Shown: positions 1-10,243 of the stretch, one piece after another
Numbering within the stretch: the stretch's first letter is position 1
How the letters are laid out: every line of letters starts with the position of its first letter
Assembly (NCBI GenBank): GCA_963706595.1
Contig: OY970166.1
Coordinates: 352,001-416,000, forward strand
DNA length: 64,000 nucleotides
Origin: an uncultured cyanobacterium
Lineage (GTDB): Bacteria > Cyanobacteriota > Cyanobacteriia > Cyanobacteriales > Nostocaceae
Direction of reading: 5' to 3'
The notes under the pieces: generated by a model
Told to the model about the DNA's origin: nothing
What the model saw: the letters and a program-made list of their open reading frames with translations, nothing else
The model's database searches: none
Translations under genes and position numbers: made by a program

Positions 1-629
1 TCTAAGTGAATCCACGATAACCACTGCCGACCACTACCAAGGGGTCCACCTGCAAAAAGTTTGAAAGGTGTAATCATTTTGCCCAAAGCGCCACCATTTC
101 CCAGGACAATACCCAAACGCAGAATCACCAGACGCACACCAGCATCTTTGACTTTTTGGGCTTCTGCTTCCCAGGCTTGACAGACTTGAGCTAGAAAATC
201 GTTTCCAGATGAACTTGTTTCATCAAAGGTAGCTGTTTCACTGGTTCCATAATAACCAACAGCTGAAGCATTGACTAACACAGAAGGCTTAGGATCAGCT
301 TTGGCTATTGCTTCGACTATTTTCTGTGTACCTAACTGGCGGCTATTGAGGATTTTCTGCTTTTGTTCTGGTGTCCAGCGTTCTTCGGCGATGGGTTCTC
401 CGGCGAGATTAACGACACCATCACAACCAGCGATCGCATCTTGCCAAGAACCAGATATTGTGGGTGTATAGTCCTGAATTTCTACATTAGGAAAAGCCCC
501 GGCTGGAAAAACTTTTTGAGCAGAGGAAGTGTTACGAGTTAACACTAATATTCTATGACCATCTTTGTGCAGTCTTTGCACCAGACGACTGCCGACAAAT
601 CCTGTGGCCCCAGTAATGGCTACTTTCAT
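1..629 (-). CDS. TIGR01777-family NAD-dependent epimerase/oxidoreductase (3' end runs off window)
   Basis: Manual translation from ATG at 629: [17 protein letters not shown] (Rossmann motif), later [18 protein letters not shown] and LRLGIVLG segments. Confidence 0.85.
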   Translation of the reverse strand, partial: MKVAITGATGFVGSRLVQRLHKDGHRILVLTRNTSSAQKVFPAGAFPNVEIQDYTPTISGSWQDAIAGCDGVVNLAGEPIAEERWTPEQKQKILNSRQLGTQKIVEAIAKADPKPSVLVNASAVGYYGTSETATFDETSSSGNDFLAQVCQAWEAEAQKVKDAGVRLVILRLGIVLGNGGALGKMITPFKLFAGGPLGSGRQWLSWIHL

Positions 630-669
630 AATGCAAATGCACCTCAAGCAAACCCCTATTTTAACTTGG

Positions 670-1107
670 TTAATCTTCTATATCTTCATCTTCCGCCATT
701 CCCGGATTTATTAGCGTAATATCATACTCGCTATCATCCGTTTGTCTGGATACGTGAGTATCTTGTAATAAATAATAAATAGCACGTATCTGAGGACCAA
801 AGACTATCTCATCTTCATTTTTGAGATCGTGAGATGGCATTTTACGTCCATTAACTATCATACCGTTAGCACTAGGCTTTCCTTTAGCATCACCATCGAC
901 AATCCGATAATAATAACTATTACGACTATGCTCTCGTGGCATTCTCACTAATGTGGCATGGCGACGGGAGACAAACTGAGACATTAAACGAATATCACAC
1001 TCTCGGTCTCTGCCAATAGAGTAGATAGTTTGTTCGAGAGGAATTTCCTTGCGGCCTTGGTCATCCTCAATAATCAGTAGATGGCTTTGATTATTTTCCG
1101 TTACCAT
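670..1107 (-). CDS. FHA domain protein
   Basis: IGRDRECDI...VSRRHA...SANG FHA motifs. Confidence 0.9.
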   Translation of the reverse strand: MVTENNQSHLLIIEDDQGRKEIPLEQTIYSIGRDRECDIRLMSQFVSRRHATLVRMPREHSRNSYYYRIVDGDAKGKPSANGMIVNGRKMPSHDLKNEDEIVFGPQIRAIYYLLQDTHVSRQTDDSEYDITLINPGMAEDEDIED

Positions 1108-1365
1108 TGATATATCTTTATTACAATCGGTTAAAGTTTAAGTAATTAAAATTAACGTAGTATATTATTTCTGACTCTTTGTGAAGTAGTCTGAAAAAAA
1201 CTGTTAAGTTTGTACCTCAGCAGATAAGAAAATGTTACATCGTTTTCTGCCATTCTTACCCATTAAAGTTTTGGAGTAATGAGTTTGATCAGCATGGCAT
1301 TTTACTTGAAAGTGTTCTACAGACTCAGTGGTACTGTTGCTCCAAAAGGAGCTGCAATCAGTCTT

Positions 1366-1399
1366 GGTTACACTTAAGTATCGATACTTAAGTGTAACC
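1366..1399. repeat. Perfect 34-bp palindrome, possible terminator/cruciform
   Basis: GGTTACACTTAAGTA-TCGA-TACTTAAGTGTAACC. Confidence 0.9.
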
Positions 1400-1457
1400 T
1401 GAGATGGATAAAAAACAGTATTTGATTGACAATATGGATTGTTTTCAATAGCAGTTT

Positions 1458-3983
1458 TTACAGGCGATGAGCTAGTCTCCTCAATAAAATCGAGTTGGTA
1501 ACAACACTAACAGAGCTAAAAGCCATTAATGCTGCTGCTCCAGAAGGACTGAGGACAAAACCAAAATTTGGTAACAATACGCCTGCTGCTAAAGGAATGC
1601 CGGTGGTATTATACGCAAATGCCCAGAACAAATTTTGGCGAATTTTGTTGAAGGTGGCACGACTAAGCTGAATTGATGCCACAACATCATTTAAGCGATC
1701 GCGCATCAAGACAATTTCCGCAGTTTCCATGGCCACATCTGTTCCGGAATACAAAGCAATTCCCACATCAGCTTGGGATAAAGCTGGCGCATCATTAATT
1801 CCATCGCCAACCATGGCGACAACTGAGTGGGAAGTGGGGAGTGGGGAGTGGGGAGTGGGGAGTGGGGAGTGGGGAGTGGGGAGTGGGGAGTGGGGAGTGG
1901 GGGATTGTGATCTTCCTTGTAGCTGGAGAGATTTGATCACATCTGCTTTTTTGGCTGGGAGAACTCCGGCCATCACATCAGCGCTATCTAGTCCTAATTG
2001 TTTAGCTATAGCGTGAGCTGCTTCTAATCTATCGCCACTAAGTAGTATTACCCGTAAACCCATCTCACGTAACTGGTTGACTGTCGCCTCAGCATCCGGT
2101 CTGAGGGTATCTTGAACAGCAATTAGTCCGGCTAAATTCCCCTCAACGGCTACACCCACCACCGTTTTACCATCTTCTGCCAGATGTTGAGCCATTTGTT
2201 GTGCAGCGTCATCAGCAAAAACTCCGTGCTTACTCAACCAGTCCCAGTTACCTAAAAGTACAGACAAACCCTCAACAATGGCAGATACGCCTAATCCAGG
2301 TTCTGTGTGAAAGTCCACAGCATCAGGAATAAATAACTTTTGCTCCTGCGCGGCTTGTTGAATGGCTTTAGCTAGGGGGTGATAAGTACCGCTTTCTACG
2401 GCTGCTGCTAGTTGCAGGAGAGAGTAAGGTTGATGATCATCCCATTCCGCAAAGGGTAGACAATCAGTAACGGTGGGATTGCCTGTAGTCAGAGTGCCTG
2501 TTTTATCAAATACAACTGTATCTAACTGGTGTACTCTTTCCAAGACATCGCCACCTTTGATTAACAAACCTCGTTCAGCACCGATGGCGGTTCCCACGAG
2601 AATTGCTGTGGGTGTAGCCAGTCCTAAAGCACAGGGACAAGCCACAACCATGACGGCGATCGCCAGTTTTAAGCTCGTCAGCACGGGGCTTGCCGTGAGC
2701 GTAGCCGAATGGGAATGGGTCGAAACGCCATCCATCGCCTCTGGAGTAGAAAGTGGCGCGTGACTCATCATATCCATGCCACCAGATACAGTGATATCAG
2801 TCCAGATATGAGTGCCAAAAAAGAACCAAAAAACAAATGTCAACACAGAAGCCGTCAACACACCATAAGTAAAGTAACCGGCGACTGTATCGGCTAATTT
2901 TTGGACTGGGGCTTTCCGGGTTTGGGCTGTTTCTACTAAAGTTACGATTTGTGCCAAAGTAGTATCGCTACCAGTTCGAGTTGCGACTATCGCGATCGCA
3001 CCTGACTGATTCAGAGTTCCTGCGGCTACCAAATCCCCTGGCTGCTTCATCACTGGTACTGCTTCCCCAGTCAGCATCGACTCATTCACCGTGGTTTGCC
3101 CAAACCGCACCTCACCATCAACGGGAATTTTATCTCCTGGTAGTACCTGCAACCATTCGCCAACGCGTACCTTTTCCGCAGGAATCTCCACAATATTTGT
3201 TCCCAAACCTAATTTTTCCGGGTTTGGATTGGGAATCAAGCGGGCTATTTGTGGTTGGAGTGACAGCAATTCCCTAAAAGCGGCTGAGGCTCGACCTCTA
3301 GCTTGTTGCTCTAAAGTCCTACCCAAGAGAATAAAACCCAGCATCATCACCGGTTCATCAAAGAAACATTCCCAACCCATTTGCGGGAACAGTAATGCGA
3401 TTAAACTCGCAGTGTAAGCTGTCAGCGTTCCCAATCCCACGAGGGTATTCATATTAGGCGCATTGCGTCGCCATCCCCGCCAACCATCGACTAAAATTGG
3501 ACGACCAGGAATTAATATTGCCACTGTTGCCAATCCACAGTGAAACCAGATGTTATTCAAAATTGGCAGGATTTGACCACCCATGCTGCCAAAATGTCCA
3601 ATTCCCGACAACACCAGCAATACCCCAGCAATAATTAACTGCCTAAATGAAGAACGCATTTCTCGGCGCTTGCGTTCTTCGGCATCTGGGAGGGTAGATT
3701 CGCCTGCTACTTTTTGGCTAGCTTGACGCGGTTGAGCAGGAAATCCAGCTGATGTCAATCGCTGTGCTAGTGCATCTTGGTCTACCTCACCAGGTTCTGT
3801 GTCTACCACTGCTACCTCCGTAGCCAGATTCACACAGGCGCTTTTGACTCCTGGATATTGCATTAGCTGTCGTTCTACAGCGCTTACACATCCAGCACAT
3901 TTCATCCCCCCAACATCTAGGATAATTTTTTCGGAAGTCGGGGCTGGTTCTGGAGTAAGCTGAGTTTTCGGGGCAAGTTGCAT
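1458..3983 (-). CDS. Cu-transporting P1B-type ATPase (CtaA-like)
   Basis: GMKCAGC HMA motif, [23 protein letters not shown] and MAFSS motifs. Confidence 0.9.
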   Translation of the reverse strand: MQLAPKTQLTPEPAPTSEKIILDVGGMKCAGCVSAVERQLMQYPGVKSACVNLATEVAVVDTEPGEVDQDALAQRLTSAGFPAQPRQASQKVAGESTLPDAEERKRREMRSSFRQLIIAGVLLVLSGIGHFGSMGGQILPILNNIWFHCGLATVAILIPGRPILVDGWRGWRRNAPNMNTLVGLGTLTAYTASLIALLFPQMGWECFFDEPVMMLGFILLGRTLEQQARGRASAAFRELLSLQPQIARLIPNPNPEKLGLGTNIVEIPAEKVRVGEWLQVLPGDKIPVDGEVRFGQTTVNESMLTGEAVPVMKQPGDLVAAGTLNQSGAIAIVATRTGSDTTLAQIVTLVETAQTRKAPVQKLADTVAGYFTYGVLTASVLTFVFWFFFGTHIWTDITVSGGMDMMSHAPLSTPEAMDGVSTHSHSATLTASPVLTSLKLAIAVMVVACPCALGLATPTAILVGTAIGAERGLLIKGGDVLERVHQLDTVVFDKTGTLTTGNPTVTDCLPFAEWDDHQPYSLLQLAAAVESGTYHPLAKAIQQAAQEQKLFIPDAVDFHTEPGLGVSAIVEGLSVLLGNWDWLSKHGVFADDAAQQMAQHLAEDGKTVVGVAVEGNLAGLIAVQDTLRPDAEATVNQLREMGLRVILLSGDRLEAAHAIAKQLGLDSADVMAGVLPAKKADVIKSLQLQGRSQSPTPHSPLPTPHSPLPTPHSPLPTSHSVVAMVGDGINDAPALSQADVGIALYSGTDVAMETAEIVLMRDRLNDVVASIQLSRATFNKIRQNLFWAFAYNTTGIPLAAGVLLPNFGFVLSPSGAAALMAFSSVSVVTNSILLRRLAHRL
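1825..1903. repeat. Heptamer tandem repeat (GAGTGGG)n, STRR-type, in frame within the ATPase
   Basis: About 11 heptamers encoding (TPHSPLP)n just before VVAMVGDG. Confidence 0.9.
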
Positions 3984-4089
3984 GACAAGTGTTGGGTTCG
4001 CTACGAAACTTCAACGCTTCAATAAAAGCGTCTCTCATTTGAGCGTAGGCGAAATTCGGAACTATGACAGAACGTCAATGATATTAATT

Positions 4090-4305
4090 TTATAAATTTA
4101 TGGCCTTGGGTTGAGTTTTACTGCGGCTGCCTCTGAGATAAGTCATGTAAATCACAGATCCAACTTGTATGGGCGCGATCGCAATCAGACTTTTGACAAA
4201 ATAATTAATGTCTAAAATAGACACTGTGTGGAAATAACCCATACCCACCAGCAGGAAAAACACCCAAATAAGATATTTTCGTTTAATTTTTAGCATAGCC
4301 GTCAA
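4090..4305 (-). CDS. Small hypothetical membrane protein
   Basis: 71-aa ORF with two hydrophobic segments, co-oriented with neighbours. Confidence 0.55.
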   Translation of the reverse strand: MTAMLKIKRKYLIWVFFLLVGMGYFHTVSILDINYFVKSLIAIAPIQVGSVIYMTYLRGSRSKTQPKAINL

Positions 4306-4352
4306 AATGAATTACCAGCACGCATTCAGGAATCATCCTATGAAATAAATTT

Positions 4353-4628
4353 CTAGAACCAGCCCTGCTTATTCACAAAGTAGGTATTAACAAACTCTTC
4401 AGGGGACTTGTTCAAGTAGATCATGCCTTCAATTAACCCCACAAGTTGCATAATTAACAAACTAATGCCGTAGGTAAAAAACCCGCCAACTAAAGCAATA
4501 AGCAGCATGATAAAGCCTTCTGGGGCATATCCTAGAATAAATTTATGCGCTCCAATTCCTCCGAAAATAATGCCGCAGTAACCAGCAAGAAGTTGTTTGG
4601 TTGGTTGACTAGAATTTAAATTAGCCAT
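4353..4628 (-). CDS. TM2-domain (NINE) protein
   Basis: LLAGYCGIIFGGIGAHKFILG TM2 motif; ATG at 4628 preceded by GAGGAG RBS. Confidence 0.85.
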   Translation of the reverse strand: MANLNSSQPTKQLLAGYCGIIFGGIGAHKFILGYAPEGFIMLLIALVGGFFTYGISLLIMQLVGLIEGMIYLNKSPEEFVNTYFVNKQGWF

Positions 4629-5324
4629 ATTAGTTTTACTCCTCGGAAAATGGTGATAAAATTTTAATTTTAGTGACAACAAAAATTGTCAAATATATTT
4701 GTTTCGTAAATATATTTTGAATTTTCTGTTATGAGAATTTCGCCCCAATATCTATAGATAAAGCAGTCTGTATACTTTAAAAGCAAAATCAACAATATAA
4801 TACAGAGGAACTATTACTCAGTATCTTTGAAAATATTGTGCTATTTGCTAACTCCTTTAAACTATAAAAAGGCTACTTTAACTAGGTTTTGTCCAGATTT
4901 TCAGCTAAGGTATATTTTCCACTTAGCCCTGATAATTAAAAATCGCACATTTGTTGCTGCTAACTAAAACACTGTTTAATTAAAATTACTTGTATTATTT
5001 GTAGATGCATTTCCTTTTTGGTGAGGAAACAAATTTTACAAGCACAGCAGTAGTTCAGAATTAGAGGAGAATTGCATGGAGTCACAATAGGATTTGTAAC
5101 ACAATGATTACTGCCAAAATGGCAAATAAATACAATAGGTATCTCAGCGATTGCTGAAGTTACCCAGATAATACTCGATGTTTAGCTAAACATTTTGTAA
5201 TTGATTTGACAATATTGCTGGACTGATATTTGCCAGCAGAATTTTTCTGCTCAACACAATATTTATAATCTATAAAGATGTAAGCAAATAATTTTAATAT
5301 TCGCAACCGTATTATGAAATTATA

Positions 5325-6893
5325 TTAATTACCACTACCTAAAATGAATAGACTGAGTAGGGTTCCACTATTCCAGAGACTATGAAGCAGCATGGGAGCC
5401 AAGAGATTGCGCGATCGCGTGTAAACTACACCTAAAACCATCCCCAACGCTGTCAGGGGCAGGATTTCCGATAAACTCAGGTGAGCGATCGCAAACAACA
5501 AACTACTCAAAATAATTGCAGGCCAAACAGGGACATAACGAGTCAGAGAGGGCAGTAAAAAGCCCCGAAATAGCAGTTCTTCAAAAATAGGAGCTGCGAT
5601 CGCCGCAGTAAAGAAAAACAGCCCCAGAGCCACAGTATCTTGGCTTTCCAGCGCCAACTGTAACAAAGGATTACTACCACCCTGACCTTGCCATAATTGT
5701 TGATTAACCAACGACACCACCACCACTATTGGTAAAGCAGCGCAATAACCCCCGAATCCCCATAAAATCCAGCGATCCTGCAAACGGAAGCGAAACCAGT
5801 TTTCTGGTAGCGGAAAAAAGCGCTTGAGCGATAAATAAAGCACCAACAGCGCCCCTGAAGCCACCATCATGTAACTCACTAAAACAGACAAAGCCTGAAG
5901 TCGGACATTCACAATAGGGCGAGGGATGGGAAGCAGCATCACCAAAACAGGTACAAACAGTTGCCCCATAAAGAAAAAGCCGACCACAAAAACCTGTAAA
6001 ATCGTTTCTGCACCCCAAGGCGTTGACCAAGGCAAATCACCATTTTGAGCCAAGATAGCTGATTTCCCCTTGATCAAACGCTGACCAATCAAGACAACCA
6101 GTAATATCAGACCAGTTAATGCCGTAACAGTGGGAATTGTGGCAATTAAAGCTAATTTCACCACAGCTTGGGTCGCAGCTTCTTGTTGTTCCGCCTTAAC
6201 TGTTGATAAAGCTTCTTCTCGTTGCTGGAGTTGGTAAAGTTGAATTAAAGAAGTATAGCGAAACCAGCCATCTAAATTTTTATTAATCAGCTGTTGGGAA
6301 TTAGGTAAAAGTCGAGCAGGATCACGCCATATTCCACTCAACACAGCCGCAGTTTCCCGAAATTCGGGATTAATTTGAGAGCCTTGCGCTAATTCACCCC
6401 AAATCTTGATAGCTGTATCGGTTTTTTCTTGCTTTGCTTGTAAAATTCCTAGACGTAAATCTAAATCAGCCTGTAATTTTTGCAGTTGTTGGAGAGATTT
6501 CTGCAACTTTCCCTGCTGTTCCTGACGCGAAGCTTTAGTGTCAGGAGGCGCATCTGGCAAAGGTTTTGGGGGTATGGGAAGAGCCTGAAATTGAGTCAGT
6601 TGTTTTTGAGCTTTGTCCAAATTAGTTTCAACTGACTGACGCACCTGCTGATATTGCTTTGTAGCACTTTCTAGGGGTTTCTCTCCCAGAATCGCAGCTT
6701 GAATTACTGATAGATTTTCGTCATTACTATCTTCTGGCTGCCAAGCTTGCGCTTGTAGAGCAATATTAGTTTGGTACAATTCCAACGTCGTCTGGAACTG
6801 CGGCTCTTGCAAAGTACCAAATAAAGACGAAACTGACAACAGGATTGCTATCGGCGTTAGGACAAAAAATAAAATCAACCGCTTAATCGTCAT
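5325..6893 (-). CDS. CPBP (CAAX/Abi) family intramembrane metalloprotease
   Basis: EELLFRG, FAIAH and HSLWN motifs. Confidence 0.9.
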   Translation of the reverse strand: MTIKRLILFFVLTPIAILLSVSSLFGTLQEPQFQTTLELYQTNIALQAQAWQPEDSNDENLSVIQAAILGEKPLESATKQYQQVRQSVETNLDKAQKQLTQFQALPIPPKPLPDAPPDTKASRQEQQGKLQKSLQQLQKLQADLDLRLGILQAKQEKTDTAIKIWGELAQGSQINPEFRETAAVLSGIWRDPARLLPNSQQLINKNLDGWFRYTSLIQLYQLQQREEALSTVKAEQQEAATQAVVKLALIATIPTVTALTGLILLVVLIGQRLIKGKSAILAQNGDLPWSTPWGAETILQVFVVGFFFMGQLFVPVLVMLLPIPRPIVNVRLQALSVLVSYMMVASGALLVLYLSLKRFFPLPENWFRFRLQDRWILWGFGGYCAALPIVVVVSLVNQQLWQGQGGSNPLLQLALESQDTVALGLFFFTAAIAAPIFEELLFRGFLLPSLTRYVPVWPAIILSSLLFAIAHLSLSEILPLTALGMVLGVVYTRSRNLLAPMLLHSLWNSGTLLSLFILGSGN

Positions 6894-7067
6894 CTATTCC
6901 CCTTAAAAAATTCACCAGAGTAACGCGTACCCTTTAGAAATTATCTCAATAAAAAGCCAAAGCTTGATCAATATCTTAATATAGCGGTATGCACTTGAAT
7001 CAAGTACATCATAGCCCCCTCCTCGCTTCCACCGGAGGGGGTTGGGGGTGGGGTTGTATCTCACTTA

Positions 7068-8651
7068 GGGACTTCCAAGGAATAAAATCCCCAACTACTA
7101 ATAATGATAATCATTGTAGAGGGGAGAAGTCAGGGCTACCGTTCGGTAGCCCTGACTTCCCTTTTTGTAGTAAATTCAATGATGTTAGGTACAATTTTTC
7201 GAGGAGCTAAGAGTGTCAATTGAATTAACTGATTCGCTCTCAAGTTTGCTTAAAGAAACAGCAACTCAATTGAAAAGTGCAGCCAGACGGCGTTTCCAAG
7301 CGCAAACTGTGATGTCTTTAGGCTACGGAGGACAACTACTAGCTCAAAAAGAATTAGGATGGGATAGAAAAACTATTCGCAAAGGTATTAAAGAATTAAC
7401 TAGTGGGATGACCTGTATCGATAATTATTCGGCGAAAGGGCGTTACAAAGCAGAAGAACATTTACCAAACCTTTTAGAGGATATCAAAAAATTAGTTGAT
7501 TCCCAAAGCCAAACTGACCCAAGTTTTAAAAGCCAAAGACTATATACACGCCTCACAGCAAGTCAAGTAAGAAAGCTGTTGATAGAGAAATTTAGTTATA
7601 GTGATGAAGAATTACCCACATCAGAAACAATTCGCATCAAATTGAATTATTTAGGTTATCGACTTAAACGGGTAGCAAAAGTACTTCCTCAAAAAAAATC
7701 CCCGAAACGGATGCAATTTTTGAGCAATTAGCAATAGTTAATCAATCGGCTTTGAATGACAAGAGCATTTTACGTTTAAGTCTTGATGCCAAAGCTCGTG
7801 TCAATATTGGCGCTTTTGACCGAGGTGGTAAAAACAGGACTCCAACTGAAACTGAAGACCATGATTATCATCCGAAAACAACTGTGACTCCTTATGGGAT
7901 ATTCCTTCCAGAACTAGATGAGCTATTTTTATATTTTACCGAATCCAAAGTAACGAGTGATTTTATTGTTGATGTATTAGTAGACTTTTGGAAAACACAG
8001 AGTAAGCGATTTCCTCTAATTAAAACACTTATTCTTAATCAAGATAACGGTGGAGAGAACAGTTCTCGACGTACCCAGTTCATGAAACGTATAATTGAGT
8101 TTGCTCAGGAATATCAGTTAAACATACGTTTAGCTTATTATCCACCCTATCATAGTAAGTACAATCCAATTGAAAGAACTTGGGCAGTCCTAGAGAACTA
8201 TTGGAATGGTAGTATTTTGGATGAAGTAGAAACGGCGTTAAATTTTGCTCAAAATATGACATGGAAAGGTAAGCATCCTCTTGTTAAATTAGTAACTCGA
8301 ACTTACGAAAACGGAGTTAAGCTTACTAAACAAGCTATGTCAGAAATTGAGAAACAAATCGAGCGACTCACCAATTCTAACTCTGAACACTTCCCGAATT
8401 TAGGTAAGTGGTTTATTGATATCTGTTGCGCGCCAACTTAATGTTGGTCAAGGAATAGTTAAATTATTACTTTGATAAATTGATTTTCACTGCACCCTAC
8501 AGCCCTTAGAGTGTAGATATTTTTCATGCTGATTTTTTCAGAGAAAGTGCTTGCCGACGGCAAGCACTTTCTCTTCCCCTAGCAATGATTATCATTCTCC
8601 AAAAAACATTTTCTCTTAAGTTTTTTGGGTAATTTATTATTTGGAAGTCCC
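7068..8651 (+). mobile_element. ISAzo13-family insertion sequence
   Basis: Terminal IRs GGGACTTCCAA (7068) / TTGGAAGTCCC (8651); 3-bp TSD TTA at 7065-7067 and 8652-8654. Confidence 0.88.
7213..8441 (+). CDS. ISAzo13-family DDE transposase, two ORFs joined by a -1 shift at the A8 run (7691-7698)
   Basis: Shift restores QKKIPETDAIF; ORF2 has SLDAK, DHD, DNGGEN, YYPPYHSKYNPIER motifs. Confidence 0.85.
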
Positions 8652-8807
8652 TTAACTGATTAACCGCTATATTTTGAGTCTGTTAGTTGTGAATCAGAAT
8701 ATGCCGGGGTCATGGTTAGCGATCGCCACTGGAATCGATACAATGGTAATATCATGACTCAGTAAGCAATAGCGCCATCTGGGGCTAACCCTAAAATTCT
8801 GGTTTTA

Positions 8808-9485
8808 ATGAGCAGCGATATTCAACTCAACCTCTTCGATGACACCAACTCGAACCCACGAGATTTAATCCCCACAAACGCAAAAATCCCTATTAAACCC
8901 GGAACATACAACAATATGACCGAGTTGACACAGGATTGTAATCAGTGCCATCGTTGTGGCTTGGGAGACAATCGGACTCATGCTGTTGTCGGGCGCGGTC
9001 ATCTCCAAGCACCAATTATGCTCATTGGAGAAGCACCCGGTCAAAACGAAGATGAAACCGGTTTACCATTTGTAGGTAGATCAGGACAATTGCTAGAGAA
9101 CATATTAGCATCTGTGAATCTGAGTACCGAACACGATATATATATTGCCAATATTAATAAATGTCGCCCACCAAAAAACCGAGCGCCCAACCCTGATGAA
9201 ATGGCGGCTTGCATACCCTACTTACTAGAACAAATTCGCCTTGTTGACCCGAAAATCATCTTACTCACAGGTGCAACTGCGGTCAAAGGTATCACTGGCG
9301 ACAAGCGAGGAATTACAAAAATTCGCGGTCAGTGGTTAGAGTGGGAAGGGCGTTTATGTATGGCAATTTTTCACCCCTCTTACCTGTTGCGTAATCCTTC
9401 TAAAGAAGTTGGTAAGCCTAAATGGTTGATGTGGCAAGATATCCAAGCAGTGCGTGCCAAGTTGGACGAAATCACTATGAACTAG
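8808..9485 (+). CDS. Uracil-DNA glycosylase family 4
   Basis: CxxC Fe-S ligands, GEAPG, FVG, KCRPP, HPSYLLR. Confidence 0.92.
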   Translation: MSSDIQLNLFDDTNSNPRDLIPTNAKIPIKPGTYNNMTELTQDCNQCHRCGLGDNRTHAVVGRGHLQAPIMLIGEAPGQNEDETGLPFVGRSGQLLENILASVNLSTEHDIYIANINKCRPPKNRAPNPDEMAACIPYLLEQIRLVDPKIILLTGATAVKGITGDKRGITKIRGQWLEWEGRLCMAIFHPSYLLRNPSKEVGKPKWLMWQDIQAVRAKLDEITMN

Positions 9486-9497
9486 GAAAAGTAAAGA

Positions 9498-9880
9498 ATG
9501 TACACAGAAGATCGGTTAAAACAAAAGCTATAGGAAAAAATTAGCCGGTTGTCTCCTGAACACATTTTGCTAGTTACCGACTTTATAGACTCTTTAGATC
9601 AGCCAAATTCAGACCGAATTTTTACTTTAGCAGACTGCAAAGCTTTCTGAGCCAGCTTTGCAAAAAGTCGAGGATAACCCTGATGATGCTGAATATGATC
9701 AACTATGAATTTGGCGATGTTGTTTTAGTTATTCTTCAGTTGCAAATACAACATTTTCATAGAGAAGTTTAATGGGAAACTCAAATTCGATACTTGATAG
9801 AGTGATAATTTCAGACTGGCTTCAATTTAGCCAAATGATCAAATCTGGAATAGCGGCTGAAAGAACTGTAGTTAATACAG
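9498..9880 (+). pseudogene. Decayed type II TA pair (small antitoxin plus PemK/MazF-like toxin)
   Basis: Antitoxin frame from ATG 9498 has an internal TAG and a frameshift and ends LSEPALQKVEDNPDDAEYDQL* (9708); overlapping ATG 9695 reads MINYEFGDVVLV then stops early. Confidence 0.55.
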
Positions 9881-9907
9881 GGAATCGGTTAGCACAGGAG
9901 AAAAAAT

Positions 9908-10243
9908 ATGTGGGACTTAATTATATTTTTAGTATGTGTTTTCGGAGCTTTGTTCGGCGCAATATATCTTTATATTAATTCTGCTTCATCTGCTAAAAAG
10001 AAAAAACGTCATCGTTATCGAGAAATTACTCGCCACAATACTCGCAACAATAATAGTGTTTGGAGTAGCTCAAATATCCCCGATTATGGTAGCTATAACT
10101 CTAGTAGCAGCAGTGGTTATGGCGACAGCAGTAATTGCGATAGTAGTGGATATAGTAGCAGCAGTAATTGCGATAGTAGTGGTTATGGTAGCAGCAGTAG
10201 TTGCGATAGTGGTGGTTCTGACGGCGGTAGTAGTTGTGATTGA
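9908..10243 (+). CDS. Small membrane-anchored Ser/Gly/Cys-rich hypothetical protein
   Basis: CAGGAG RBS upstream; N-terminal TM, basic patch, three 11-aa SSGYxxSSxCD repeats. Confidence 0.6.
   Translation: MWDLIIFLVCVFGALFGAIYLYINSASSAKKKKRHRYREITRHNTRNNNSVWSSSNIPDYGSYNSSSSSGYGDSSNCDSSGYSSSSNCDSSGYGSSSSCDSGGSDGGSSCD

Larger units (their letters stand above)
6979..8672. repeat. ~109-bp MITE-like element (ATATAGCGGT...ACCGCTATAT ends) interrupted by the ISAzo13-family IS
   Basis: 6979-7067 plus 8655-8672 match the reverse complement of the uninterrupted copy at 32501-32609. Confidence 0.85.

Noticed and set aside
4690..5320. Hidden gene or RNA in the long AT-rich intergenic region
   Set aside because: No ORF of 60 aa or more, and no recognisable RNA motif or repeat found by eye
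9908..10243. RiPP precursor
   Set aside because: Has a TM anchor rather than a recognisable leader, and no maturase or transporter is adjacent
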